A stretch of DNA of 25,712 bases, taken from IMG/VR virus record IMGVR_UViG_2706794687_000008; one strand, given 5' to 3'. Every line of letters begins with the position of its first letter. Position 1 is the stretch's first letter. This DNA is from a virus (lineage: Duplodnaviria; Heunggongvirae; Uroviricota; Caudoviricetes). Positions 17,024 to 25,712 of this stretch are shown here, one piece after another. Position numbers and translations under genes: made by a program. Below the pieces are notes generated by a model. It worked only from the letters and a program-made list of their open reading frames with translations, had not been told where the DNA came from and did no database searches.

Positions 17024-17404
17024 ATGGCAAAGGCATGGGATATAGAACCGTCAATATTTGCCGGGATGATTGAGGAAGATGTAGGGCTGAAGATTCGCTA
17101 CATCGCTATGCAGATTCTTACTGCTATTGATATTGCTGCTCCGGTTGATACCGGACGTTTCAGAAATAACAACCTGGTGTCGTTACAGCATCCCGATTTT
17201 GGTATATCTGATAACGTGGATCCGAACGGTACGATTGCTGTTCAGCGTGGGATCGGGGTTATTTCGAAAGCTGCAAATTACGGGGTTATTTATATCCAGA
17301 ATAACCTTCCTTATGCAGAGGCTCTTGAAAACGGTCATTCACAACAAGCGCCAACTGGCGTGTATGCCAACGCTTTTCATGGTGTTTTACAGGCTTACAA
17401 ATGA
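17024..17404 (+). CDS. putative neck / tail-completion protein (HK97 gp10-like)
   Basis: 126 aa ORF in the head-tail joining block; the family is a tentative recollection. Confidence 0.35.
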   Translation: MAKAWDIEPSIFAGMIEEDVGLKIRYIAMQILTAIDIAAPVDTGRFRNNNLVSLQHPDFGISDNVDPNGTIAVQRGIGVISKAANYGVIYIQNNLPYAEALENGHSQQAPTGVYANAFHGVLQAYK

Positions 17405-17793
17405 AGTTTACTGAAATCAGAAATACGGTTATTTCCAGAATGACGGCACAGACGATTATTGATGGAAAAGACGTATTGTATCCGAACGGGCCAACGTTCG
17501 ATCCTTCCGGTAAGTTAATCTGGGCGCGGTTAAGTAATATTCCCGGGCAGGCTGGAGTTAATGAAATTGGCGCGGGGCCGGTTGTTTATCGCACGGGGAT
17601 AATCATTATTCAGTTATTTGTCCCCGCAGGTTCTGGTTCAAAACTCATTACTGAGACAGCCGATAAATTGCGGGAACTGTTTGAGTTTCAGGATGACGAT
17701 CGTCTCAGTTACCAGGCTGTTTCCTCAATAGCCGTTGGCGAAAAGAATGGCTGGTTCCAGCTTAATCTTCAAATTCCATATCGCGCGCTCTAG
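17401..17793 (+). CDS. putative tail terminator protein (lambda U-like N-terminus)
   Basis: 130 aa ORF immediately upstream of the major tail gene. The N-terminus MKFTEIRNTV loosely resembles lambda U as I recall it. Confidence 0.4.
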   Translation: MKFTEIRNTVISRMTAQTIIDGKDVLYPNGPTFDPSGKLIWARLSNIPGQAGVNEIGAGPVVYRTGIIIIQLFVPAGSGSKLITETADKLRELFEFQDDDRLSYQAVSSIAVGEKNGWFQLNLQIPYRAL

Positions 17794-17819
17794 CGCAATT
17801 AATGACATAGGAGGCTCCT

Positions 17820-18782
17820 GTGAGTTCAGGTGCAAAGGTTATCTCGGCATTTATCCGGGAGACGGTTGCAGGCACTACGCCAGCAAGTGGTGACTGGAGT
17901 TTATTAAAACGCACAAGCTGGGGAGTAAAACCCACCCAGAATAAAGGCGAAAATAATGAGATTGGTGGCTCCCGGATGGCTCAGGGGGCGACGCCTGGCA
18001 CTGTGGATGTCGGCGGTGATGTTGGTACCAAATTTCGCTGGGGTCAACATGATGATTTTCTTGCATCCTGTTTCGGCGCGGAATGGTCAGGCGATTCTCT
18101 GACAATGGGGAATGAGCGAATAACATTTTCTCTGGCGACCTATGCGTCCGATGTCGGAATTGCCTCTGTCGTCAGAGGAGCGCAGGTTGGCTCATGGAAA
18201 ATGCAGATCCCTAACGACGGCGATATTACAGCGACCGTAACCTTTGCCGGACTGGACTGGGAATCAAAGGCCGATGATACGAATTTTATCAAAGGCGAAC
18301 CTGTGGATAGTGCAGGAAAGCTACGTTATTCGTTTAAGGAGGTTTCAGCAGTAAGCCTGAATGGTGTTGCCGGAGGTAACGGTTTTTGTATCGACAGTTT
18401 TGATATTCAGTTCGATAACAAACTCCAGACACAGCGTTGTATCGGGACTGGCTCGCCTTATGCAGGAGCAAATATTCCGACTACTTTTACACCGTCCGGT
18501 ACGGTGACGCTTTCATGGTCTAAAGCCGCGTGGGAAATCTGGAGTAAAACACTGACTGGAGAAACAGTTCCGTTCAGCTTCACGCTTTCGAATGGAGAGG
18601 GGGCATACACTTTCAGTTTCCCGAAGGTTCAGGTGTCAGGTGAATGGCCTGATGGGGGTAATAGCGACATTATCCAGGTTCAATTGAGCATTACCGCAGC
18701 AGATGAAGCACCTACGATAACCAGAAAAAAAAATTCCCCGGCTGCCGTGATCGCAAAAGCCAGTGCTGAGGCGATTAGTTGA
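17820..18782 (+). CDS. major tail (tube) protein
   Basis: 320 aa ORF with GTG start preceded by AGGAGG. It lies between the head-tail joining genes and the G/GT chaperone pair. Gly/Thr/Ser-rich and not lambda V-like. Confidence 0.55.
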   Translation: MSSGAKVISAFIRETVAGTTPASGDWSLLKRTSWGVKPTQNKGENNEIGGSRMAQGATPGTVDVGGDVGTKFRWGQHDDFLASCFGAEWSGDSLTMGNERITFSLATYASDVGIASVVRGAQVGSWKMQIPNDGDITATVTFAGLDWESKADDTNFIKGEPVDSAGKLRYSFKEVSAVSLNGVAGGNGFCIDSFDIQFDNKLQTQRCIGTGSPYAGANIPTTFTPSGTVTLSWSKAAWEIWSKTLTGETVPFSFTLSNGEGAYTFSFPKVQVSGEWPDGGNSDIIQVQLSITAADEAPTITRKKNSPAAVIAKASAEAIS

Positions 18783-18830
18783 TTTTCCGTTATTCCTCCT
18801 GTGGTACTGCCCTACAGGGGGACGCATTGA

Positions 18831-19292
18831 ATGAGGTTATGGATGTTTATTCTTAATCAGAAAATTATCATTGGTGGAGAACGCTGGTTTACGCCAATGA
18901 AGGACTTAAAACCTGTAGACGGGTTAAAACTGTTGGTGGCAAGCAGCGATAACGATCAGTATCGCTCCCGTAATGCATTAATCCGTCGCCACATTGAGAA
19001 AATGGATGCCAGTTTGCACGTCGGAACGAAGGAGTTTGATATTTCAAAGGTTTCCGAGGTGGATTCTGTTGATGATTTACTCATTGATAATGCCGCTCGT
19101 TATCTGCTGAAAGACTGGAAAGGGGTTGGTGAACTGGTTAATGGTGTTGAGGTTGCACTGGAATATACGGCAGAACGAGGGATCGCGCTGCTTAAGCAGA
19201 ATCCAGAGTTGTACTGGCAGATCCTTGCAGAAGCAGCCAGCATCGCCCAGGGTAAAGAGCAGCAGAAGCAGGATACGATAAAAAAGCCATAG
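18831..19292 (+). CDS. G: tail assembly chaperone G-like (zero-frame product)
   Basis: ORF ending at TAG 19290-19292, directly preceded by the slippery heptamer A-AAA-AAG at 19280-19286. Alternative starts exist at 18843 and 18897. Confidence 0.6.
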   Translation: MRLWMFILNQKIIIGGERWFTPMKDLKPVDGLKLLVASSDNDQYRSRNALIRRHIEKMDASLHVGTKEFDISKVSEVDSVDDLLIDNAARYLLKDWKGVGELVNGVEVALEYTAERGIALLKQNPELYWQILAEAASIAQGKEQQKQDTIKKP

Positions 19293-19600
19293 CTGCCCAG
19301 CGGTGGTTATCGGAGTTCGGGGGAGAAAGGGGGGAAAAGGCAAGATGGAAGCGAGAAAAACTCAGGTTGCCACCGATACCGGAACCAGAAATAGACCCGG
19401 TGCTTAAGGAGTTGTTGTACGCCTATTCGGTAATATCCCGTGCCCGACGTTATGCTGGAATGGCTGGGGTGCCTTTGCCTTTATCTCTGACAGAGATAAA
19501 TGAATATTTAGCCACTCATCCGGTATTGATTGAGCGCGATGAATTTGAAGCAGTGATCTTTGCACTGGATGACCAGTATTTTCAGGAGCAGTGTGTGTAG
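18831..19600 (+). CDS. GT: tail assembly chaperone GT-like fusion via programmed -1 frameshift at 19280-19286
   Basis: After a -1 slip on A-AAA-AAG, the frame ending at 19600 is open all the way from the slip site (AIAAQRWLSEFGGERGEKARWKREKLRLPPIPEPE...). Same arrangement as lambda G/GT. Confidence 0.6.
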
Positions 19601-19720
19601 TTGTTAATTACGTACACTCTGTTACAGAGATGTGATGGTGTCTTTAATTAAATCGATGATGCTCCTGGAGAAAAGCATTGCGTGGCCTCGTAATCGCTAT
19701 ATCTACTATTATGTCGCCTG

Positions 19721-19750
19721 AAACCCACTTCGCGGTGGGTTTTTTGTTGT
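19721..19750 (+). terminator. intrinsic terminator-like hairpin just upstream of the tape measure RBS
   Basis: AAACCCAC-TTCGCG-GTGGGTTT stem-loop followed by TTTGTTGT, then AGGAG and the ATG at 19766. Confidence 0.5.
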
Positions 19751-19765
19751 CAGGAGTTTTAATAA

Positions 19766-22700
19766 ATGGCAGAGCAAACCTCGCGTCTCGCAATAATTAT
19801 TGATAGCACTGGAGCGAAAAATAATGCTGACAATCTGACCTCCTCATTAGTCAAAATGACGCAGGCTGGGGAAACTGCTGCAAATAGCGCAGGGAAAGTG
19901 ACTAAGGCAACAGAAGATGAGAAGAACGCGCTCGCAAAATTAAAAGCAGCTATTGATCCAGTTGGTGCCGCAATTGATACTGTCGGTCGACGCTATTCTG
20001 AATTAAAGAAATTTTTCGATAAAGGGCTTATTGATAAAGAAGAATATGAATTTCTTGTCCGTAAACTTAATGAAACCACAGAGGAATNNNNNNNNNNNNN
20101 NNNNNNNNNNNNNNNNNNNNNNNNNNNNNNNNNNNNNNNNNNNNNNNNNNNNNNNNNNNNNNNNNNNNNNNNNNNNNNNNNNNNNNNNNNNNNNNNNNNN
20201 NNNNNNNNNNNNNNNNNNNNNNNNNNNNNNNNNNNNNNNNNNNNNNNNNNNNNNNNNNNNNNNNNNNNNNNNNNNNNNNNNNNNNNNNNNNNNNNNNNNN
20301 NNNNNNNNNNNNNNNNNNNNNNNNNNNNNNNNNNNNNGGAGAGGCTCAGGCAGAGCGAGAAGCAGCAAAAGCGCATGATGAACAGGTTGTTGCTTTGCAA
20401 CGTCTGATTGCTCAACTTGATCCTGTCGGAACTGCTTTTAATCGTCTGGTAGAACAACAGAAACAGCTCAATGAAGCAAAAGCTAAGGGGATGCTTTCTC
20501 CTGAAATGTATGAGGAGCTTTCTGGAAAACTTCGTGCTATGCGGAGTGAGCTTGAGGTTACTCAATCACAATTAAGCAAAACCGGAATGTCGGCAAAACA
20601 AACGGCTTTTGCTATGCGCATGTTGCCTGTACAAATGACGGATATTGTTGTTGGGTTGTCCACTGGTCAGTCGCCATTTATGGTGTTAATGCAGCAGGGC
20701 GGCCAGCTAAAAGATATGTTCGGTGGGATTGGCCCGGCGATCAAAGGTGTAGGTTCTTATGTGCTGGGATTAATTAATCCTTTTACCCTGGCCGCAGCAG
20801 CCGTTGGGGTCTTAGGACTGGCTTACTATAAAGGCTCTCAGGAGCAGGACGAATTTAATAAATCTCTTATTCTTACCGGAAATCAGTTGGGGACAACCAG
20901 CGGGCAATTGGGCGATATAGCTCAACGTGCCGGGAATGCGGCTGATTCGACAACTGGTGCTGCGGCGGCAGTATTAAATCAGCTTGTGCGTTCGGGAAAG
21001 GTAGCGAGCAGTTCGCTGGAGCAAGTGACGACAGCGATAGTAAAAACGAGCGAAGTAACAGGAATATCAACCGAACAACTGGTTAATGACTTCAATGAAA
21101 TTGCAAAGGATCCTGTCAGTGCCATATCAAAACTTAATGATCAGTACCATTTTCTGACACTTGCGACTTATAACCAGATTAAGGCGCTACAGGATGAAGG
21201 GAACCAGCAGGAGGCCGCCCGCATTGCGACAGAAGAATACTCATCCTCAATGATCCAGCGCACCAACCAGATTAAAGAAAATCTTGGTTATCTTGAGACT
21301 GCATGGAAAGCTGTCGCAGACTCCGCAAAATGGGCATGGGATTCCATGCTGGATATTGGCCGTGAGGCCTCCCTTGATCAAAAAATCTCAGATGTTCTCC
21401 GTCAAATTGATGAAATAGAAAAAAATACCCGACCCGGAGTTTTCGGGTTAGGTGGCATTGGAGATGGCGGAGCTCAAAATAAAAGGCTGGCACGATTAAA
21501 GCAGCAATTGGGCGTACTTCAAGCAGAAAAAATTGCTCAGGACGTACTAAATTCATCAATAAACGATTACAACAAGCGACAACAGGAAGGAATTGAACTC
21601 AGACAGAGAGCAGATGCCTTTTCAAAACAATATCAGACCCGGGAGCAGCAGAGAGCTAGTGAACTTGCAAAACTGGAAAAGCTAAAGAATCAGTATTCAA
21701 AGGAAGAATATAATAATCTTATCGCTCAAATAAATGAGCGTTATAAAGATCCAAAGCAACCAAAGGCGAAAGGTTATTCTGATGATGCAGCCCAACGAAT
21801 GATTGATCATCTGAATCAACAGAATGCGTTACTAAGTTCACAAGCTGAGTTGACCGTTAAATTAAGTTCCTCTGAACAGGAACTGGTTAAGTGGCGTCAG
21901 CGGATTGCCGACCTAGAGTCACGACCATCATCGAAATTAACCCAGGATCAGAAATCGCTTCTCTTACACCGGGAAGAAATAACCACGTTGATGGAGAAAA
22001 ATGTTGCGATTGAAAAAAATAACAGGCTAATCAAGGAATCCGCCGAAATAACAGCATGGCGTGATTCATTGCAGGCTTCGATTGATAATCGTCAGCAGGG
22101 GTATGATATTCAGATTGCTGGTTATGGGGTTGGCGATAAAAATCAGCAACGCCAGCAGGAATTACTGCGGATTGAACATGGATATAACAATCAGCGTCTG
22201 CAACTTGAACGTGACTATGCAGATAAATCCCGTGGAATGTCAGATCATGTTTTTCAAGAGAAAATGCAGGCTCTGAATGATGCTCTGGAACGGGAAAAAG
22301 AAATTGTCAGACAGAAAAACGAGCAGCTCGATATTCAGGCAGGAGACTGGGTTAGTGGTGCCTCCCAGGGATTCAATAACTGGCTGGATGACACTAAGGA
22401 TATCAGTGAGCAGATAAAATCAACCACGACTCAGATGTTTGATGGGATGACCGATGCGCTGGGTGATTTTGTCACGACAGGCAAGGCAAATTTTCGTTCT
22501 TTCGCTACTTCCGTGATTTCGGATCTTAGTCGAATAGCATTAAAGGCTTCAATTACTGGGATTTTCGACAGCATTAGTAACAGTTCTTCTGGGGGGATTT
22601 TAGGAACTATCGGGAGTGCTATTAGTAAATTTATTCCGAATGCAAAGGGCGGTGTTTATGAGTCTCCGTCATTGAGCACGTATTCGAACGGTATTTATGA

Positions 22701-23004
22701 TTCCCCGCAATTTTTTGCTTTTGCAAAAGGGGCTGGTGTTTTTGGTGAGGCTGGACCGGAAGCCATTATGCCATTAACACGAACTTCCGATGGTTCTCTT
22801 GGTGTCAGAGCTATTAATAGTAAAAGTGGTAATGGAGGCGGAGATATTACCTATGCCCCTGTATACCAAATCACTATTCAAAATGACGGCCAGAATGGAG
22901 AGATTGGCCCTCAGGCAATAAAAGCACTTATGGGGATGGTTGATCAGCGGGTGCAGGGCAATCTGTTAAATATGCGACGTGATGGGGGAATGTTAAGTGG
23001 CTAA
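19766..23004 (+). CDS. H: tail tape measure protein (lambda H-like; interrupted by N-run 20088-20337)
   Basis: ATG at 19766 preceded by AGGAG. After the gap the translation continues as a long coiled-coil-rich protein. The segment [41 protein letters not shown] and the C-terminal end resemble lambda H as I recall it. The frame differs across the N-run. Confidence 0.85.
20088..20337. other. run of 250 N (assembly gap or masked segment)
   Basis: Directly visible in the sequence; it interrupts the tape measure gene. Confidence 1.
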
Positions 23005-23335
23005 TACGGAAGAATTTCACTGGTTACCAGAGGATGGAATGAAAACAGAAAATAAACCATCGATAAAAACTGTAAGATTTGGTGATGGTTATGAGCAACG
23101 AAGTCCAAATGGACTTAATCATTCTCTGCGCGTTTTCACCTGTGATTTCAAAGTTGAGGCGAATGAACGTGATTCATTTGAAAAATTTTTAGCCCGGCAT
23201 GAAGGCTATAAATCTTTTTTTTGGCGCCCGCCGGGTATTAACAGAAAAATCAGAGTGGTGTGTCGAACGTGGTCAGCGACAGAACATATCACCTATACCG
23301 ATTTTTCGTGTCAGTTTGACGAAGTGGTGATCTGA
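22997..23335 (+). CDS. M: minor tail protein M
   Basis: 112 aa. The motif [16 protein letters not shown] and overall length match lambda M. Overlaps the end of H. Confidence 0.85.
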   Translation: MANTEEFHWLPEDGMKTENKPSIKTVRFGDGYEQRSPNGLNHSLRVFTCDFKVEANERDSFEKFLARHEGYKSFFWRPPGINRKIRVVCRTWSATEHITYTDFSCQFDEVVI

Positions 23336-24033
23336 TGCAGGACATACAACAGGAAACGCTGAATGAATGCATTCGTGCGGAGCAGTCGGCCAGCGTGGTG
23401 CTCTGGGAAATCGACCTGACCGAGGTAGGCGGGGATCGCTACTTTTTCTGCAATGAGCAGAACGAGAAAGGAGAGTCTGTCACCTGGCAGAGTCGGCAGT
23501 ATCAGGCCTATCCCATTCAGGGGAGTGGATTTGAGATGAACGGCAAAGGTGCCAGTGCAAGGCCAACGCTGAAAGTCTCTAATCTGCACGGCATGGTCAC
23601 CGGGATGGCGGAAGACCTGCAGAGTCTGGTCGGCGGAACGGTGGTCAGGCGTAAGGTTTACGCCCGTTTTCTGGATGCGGTGAACTTCGTCAACGGAAAC
23701 AGTGACGCCGATCCGGAGCAGGAGGTGATCAGCCGCTGGCGTATTGAGCAGTGCAGCGAACTGAGCGCGGTCAGTGCCTCCTTTGTACTGTCCACGCCGA
23801 CGGAAACGGACGGCGCTGTTTTTCCGGGGCGCATCATGCTTGCTAATACCTGCACCTGGACCTATCGCGGTGATGAGTGCGGTTATCACGGTCCGGCTGT
23901 CGCGGATGAATATGACCAGCCAACGTCCGATATCACGAAGGATAAATGCAGCAAATGCCTGAGCGGTTGTAAGTTCCGCAATAACGTCGGCAACTTTGGC
24001 GGCTTCCTTTCCATTAACAAACTTTCGCAGTAA
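23335..24033 (+). CDS. L: minor tail protein L
   Basis: 232 aa. The translation ([33 protein letters not shown]...SINKLSQ) is near-identical to lambda L as I recall it. Confidence 0.9.
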   Translation: MQDIQQETLNECIRAEQSASVVLWEIDLTEVGGDRYFFCNEQNEKGESVTWQSRQYQAYPIQGSGFEMNGKGASARPTLKVSNLHGMVTGMAEDLQSLVGGTVVRRKVYARFLDAVNFVNGNSDADPEQEVISRWRIEQCSELSAVSASFVLSTPTETDGAVFPGRIMLANTCTWTYRGDECGYHGPAVADEYDQPTSDITKDKCSKCLSGCKFRNNVGNFGGFLSINKLSQ

Positions 24034-24037
24034 TCCC

Positions 24038-24781
24038 ATGACAGAGACAGAATCAGCGATTCTGGCGCACGCCCGGCGATGTGCGCCAGCGGAGTCGTGC
24101 GGCTTCGTGGTGAGAACACCGGAGGGGGAAAGATATTTTCCCTGCGTGAATATTTCCGGTGAGCCGGAGGAGTATTTCCGGATGGCTCCGGAGGACTGGC
24201 TGCAGGCAGAGATGCAGGGTGAGATTGTGGCGCTGGTCCACAGCCACCCCGGTGGTCTGCCCTGGCTGAGTGAGGCCGACCGGCGGCTGCAGGTGCAGAG
24301 TGATTTGTCGTGGTGGCTGGTCTGCCGGGGGGCGATTCATAAGTTCCGCTGTGTGCCGCATCTCACCGGGCGGCGCTTTGAGCACGGGGTGACGGACTGT
24401 TACACGCTGTTCCGGGACGCTTACCATCTGGCGGGGATTGAGATGCCGGACTTTTATCGTGAGGATGACTGGTGGCGTAACGGCCAGAATCTCTATCTTG
24501 ATAATCTGGAGGCCACAGGGCTGTATCAGGTGCCGTTGTCAGCGGCGCAGCCGGGCGATGTGCTGCTGTGCTGTTTTGGTTCATCGGTGCCGAATCATGC
24601 CGCCATTTACTGTGGTGACGGCGAGCTGCTGCACCATATTCCTGAACAACTGAGCAAACGAGAGAGGTACACCGACAAATGGCAGCGACGCACACACTCC
24701 CTCTGGCGTCACCGGGCATGGCACGCATCTGCCTTTACGGGGATTTGCAGCGATTTGGCCGCCGCATCGACCTTCGTGTGA
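24038..24781 (+). CDS. K: tail assembly protein K (JAB/MPN plus NlpC/P60-like)
   Basis: ATG at 24038 (MTETESAILAHARRCAPAESCGFVV), 4 nt after the L stop; the six-frame ORF starts upstream at 23996. HSHP motif of the JAB/MPN domain and a Cys/His peptidase-like region are present. Lambda K-like. Confidence 0.9.
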   Translation: MTETESAILAHARRCAPAESCGFVVRTPEGERYFPCVNISGEPEEYFRMAPEDWLQAEMQGEIVALVHSHPGGLPWLSEADRRLQVQSDLSWWLVCRGAIHKFRCVPHLTGRRFEHGVTDCYTLFRDAYHLAGIEMPDFYREDDWWRNGQNLYLDNLEATGLYQVPLSAAQPGDVLLCCFGSSVPNHAAIYCGDGELLHHIPEQLSKRERYTDKWQRRTHSLWRHRAWHASAFTGICSDLAAASTFV

Positions 24782-25326
24782 AAACGGGGGCCGAAGCCAT
24801 CCGGGCACTGGCCACACAGCTCCCGGCATTTCGTCAGAAACTGAGCGACGGCTGGTATCAGGTGCGCATTGCCGGGCGTGATGCAGGCGAAAATGAATTA
24901 TCTGCCCGTCTTAATGAACCGCTGGCAAATGGTGCCGTGATCCACATCGTTCCGCGTCTGGCGGGTGCCAAAAGTGGCGGTGTGTTTCAGGCGGTGCTGG
25001 GTGCGGCGCTGATTGCGGTGGCATGGTGGAACCCTGTGGGCTGGCTGGGGGCCGCGGCTGTATCGGGTATGTATGCAGCAGGGGCCAGTATGATCCTGGG
25101 TGGTGTGGCGCAGATGCTGGCACCGAAAGCCAGGACGCCCACGGCAGCCAGTACAGATAACGGCAAACAGAACACGTATTTCTCGTCACTGGATAACATG
25201 GTTGCCCAGGGTAATGTTCTGCCTGTTCTGTACGGGGAAATGCGCGTGGGGTCACGTGTGGTTTCTCAGGAGATCAGCACGGCAGACGAAGGGGATGGTG
25301 GTCAGGTTGTGGTGATTGGTCGCTGA
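24679..25326 (+). CDS. I: tail assembly protein I
   Basis: 215 aa. N-terminal ubiquitin-like region and the C-terminal end match lambda I as I recall it. The 5' end overlaps the 3' end of K in another frame. Confidence 0.9.
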   Translation: MAATHTLPLASPGMARICLYGDLQRFGRRIDLRVKTGAEAIRALATQLPAFRQKLSDGWYQVRIAGRDAGENELSARLNEPLANGAVIHIVPRLAGAKSGGVFQAVLGAALIAVAWWNPVGWLGAAAVSGMYAAGASMILGGVAQMLAPKARTPTAASTDNGKQNTYFSSLDNMVAQGNVLPVLYGEMRVGSRVVSQEISTADEGDGGQVVVIGR

Positions 25327-25344
25327 TGCAAAATGTTTTATGAG

Positions 25345-25372
25345 AAACCGCCTGCGGGCGGTTTTGTCGTTT
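25345..25372 (+). promoter_or_regulatory. stem-loop between I and J (terminator- or attenuator-like)
   Basis: AAACCGCC-TGCG-GGCGGTTT perfect 8 bp stem followed by TGTCGTTT, which is an imperfect U-tract. Confidence 0.45.
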
Positions 25373-25386
25373 ATGGAGCGTGAGGA

Positions 25387-25712
25387 ATGGGTAAAGGCAG
25401 CAGTAAGGGGCATACCCCGCGCGAAGCGAAGGACAACCTGAAGTCCACGCAGCTGCTGAGTGTGATCGATGCCATCAGTGAAGGGCCGGTTGAAGGTCCG
25501 GTGGATGGATTAAAAAGCGTGCTGCTGAACAGTACGCCGGTGCTGGACAGTGAGGGGAATACCAACATCTCCGGCGTCACGGTGGTGTTCCGGGCAGGTG
25601 AGCAGGAGCAGTCACCGCCGGAGGGGTTTGAATCCTCCGGCTCCGAGACGGTGCTGGGTACGGAAGTGAAATATGACACGCCGATCACCCGGACCATCAC
25701 GTCGGCAAACAT
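25387..25712 (+). CDS. J: tip attachment / host specificity protein J (5' fragment, continues past window end)
   Basis: ATG at 25387 preceded by GAGGAA. The translation MGKGSSKGHTPREAKDNLKSTQLLSVIDAISEGPVEGPVDGLKSVLLNSTPVLD matches the lambda J N-terminus. There is no stop within the window, so the supplied ORF track shows only an antisense ORF here. Confidence 0.9.
   Translation, partial: MGKGSSKGHTPREAKDNLKSTQLLSVIDAISEGPVEGPVDGLKSVLLNSTPVLDSEGNTNISGVTVVFRAGEQEQSPPEGFESSGSETVLGTEVKYDTPITRTITSAN

Noticed and set aside
23311-24039. 242 aa minus-strand ORF
   Set aside because: It lies antisense to and entirely within the lambda L-like gene, whose + strand translation is near-identical to a known protein. 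Long antisense ORFs are common in GC-rich coding DNA.
1-25712. CRISPR arrays or insertion-sequence ends
   Set aside because: No regularly spaced direct repeats of 25-40 bp and no recognisable transposase ORF or terminal inverted repeats were seen. The N-runs could hide such elements, which cannot be judged.

Overview
This window is the late-gene half of a lambdoid (Rac-like) prophage of an Enterobacteriaceae host, almost entirely transcribed on the + strand. In order: a translationally coupled nin-region block (DUF1367-like, DUF1364/YbcO-like, Q-like antiterminator) with terminator hairpins; a ~0.9 kb AT-rich spacer; two tandem lipoprotein genes whose C-terminal halves resemble TolA domain III, closed off by their own terminator; a phage-21-type lysis cassette (S21 pinholin, SAR endolysin, Rz with embedded Rz1); the K+ transporter cargo gene trkG; a ParB-like protein overlapping a possible GT-A-like protein; then terminase small and large subunits, portal, MuF-like head protein, scaffold, major capsid, four small head-tail joining proteins, major tail protein, the G/GT chaperone with a canonical -1 frameshift site, and lambda-like tail genes H, M, L, K, I and the start of J. 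Three N-runs (4936-5188, 5496-5762, 20088-20337) interrupt Rz, the trkG 5' end and H. The most unusual content is the TolA-III-like lipoprotein pair and the ParB/GT-like pair. All homology statements come from reading the translations and from memory of known families; no searches were run.
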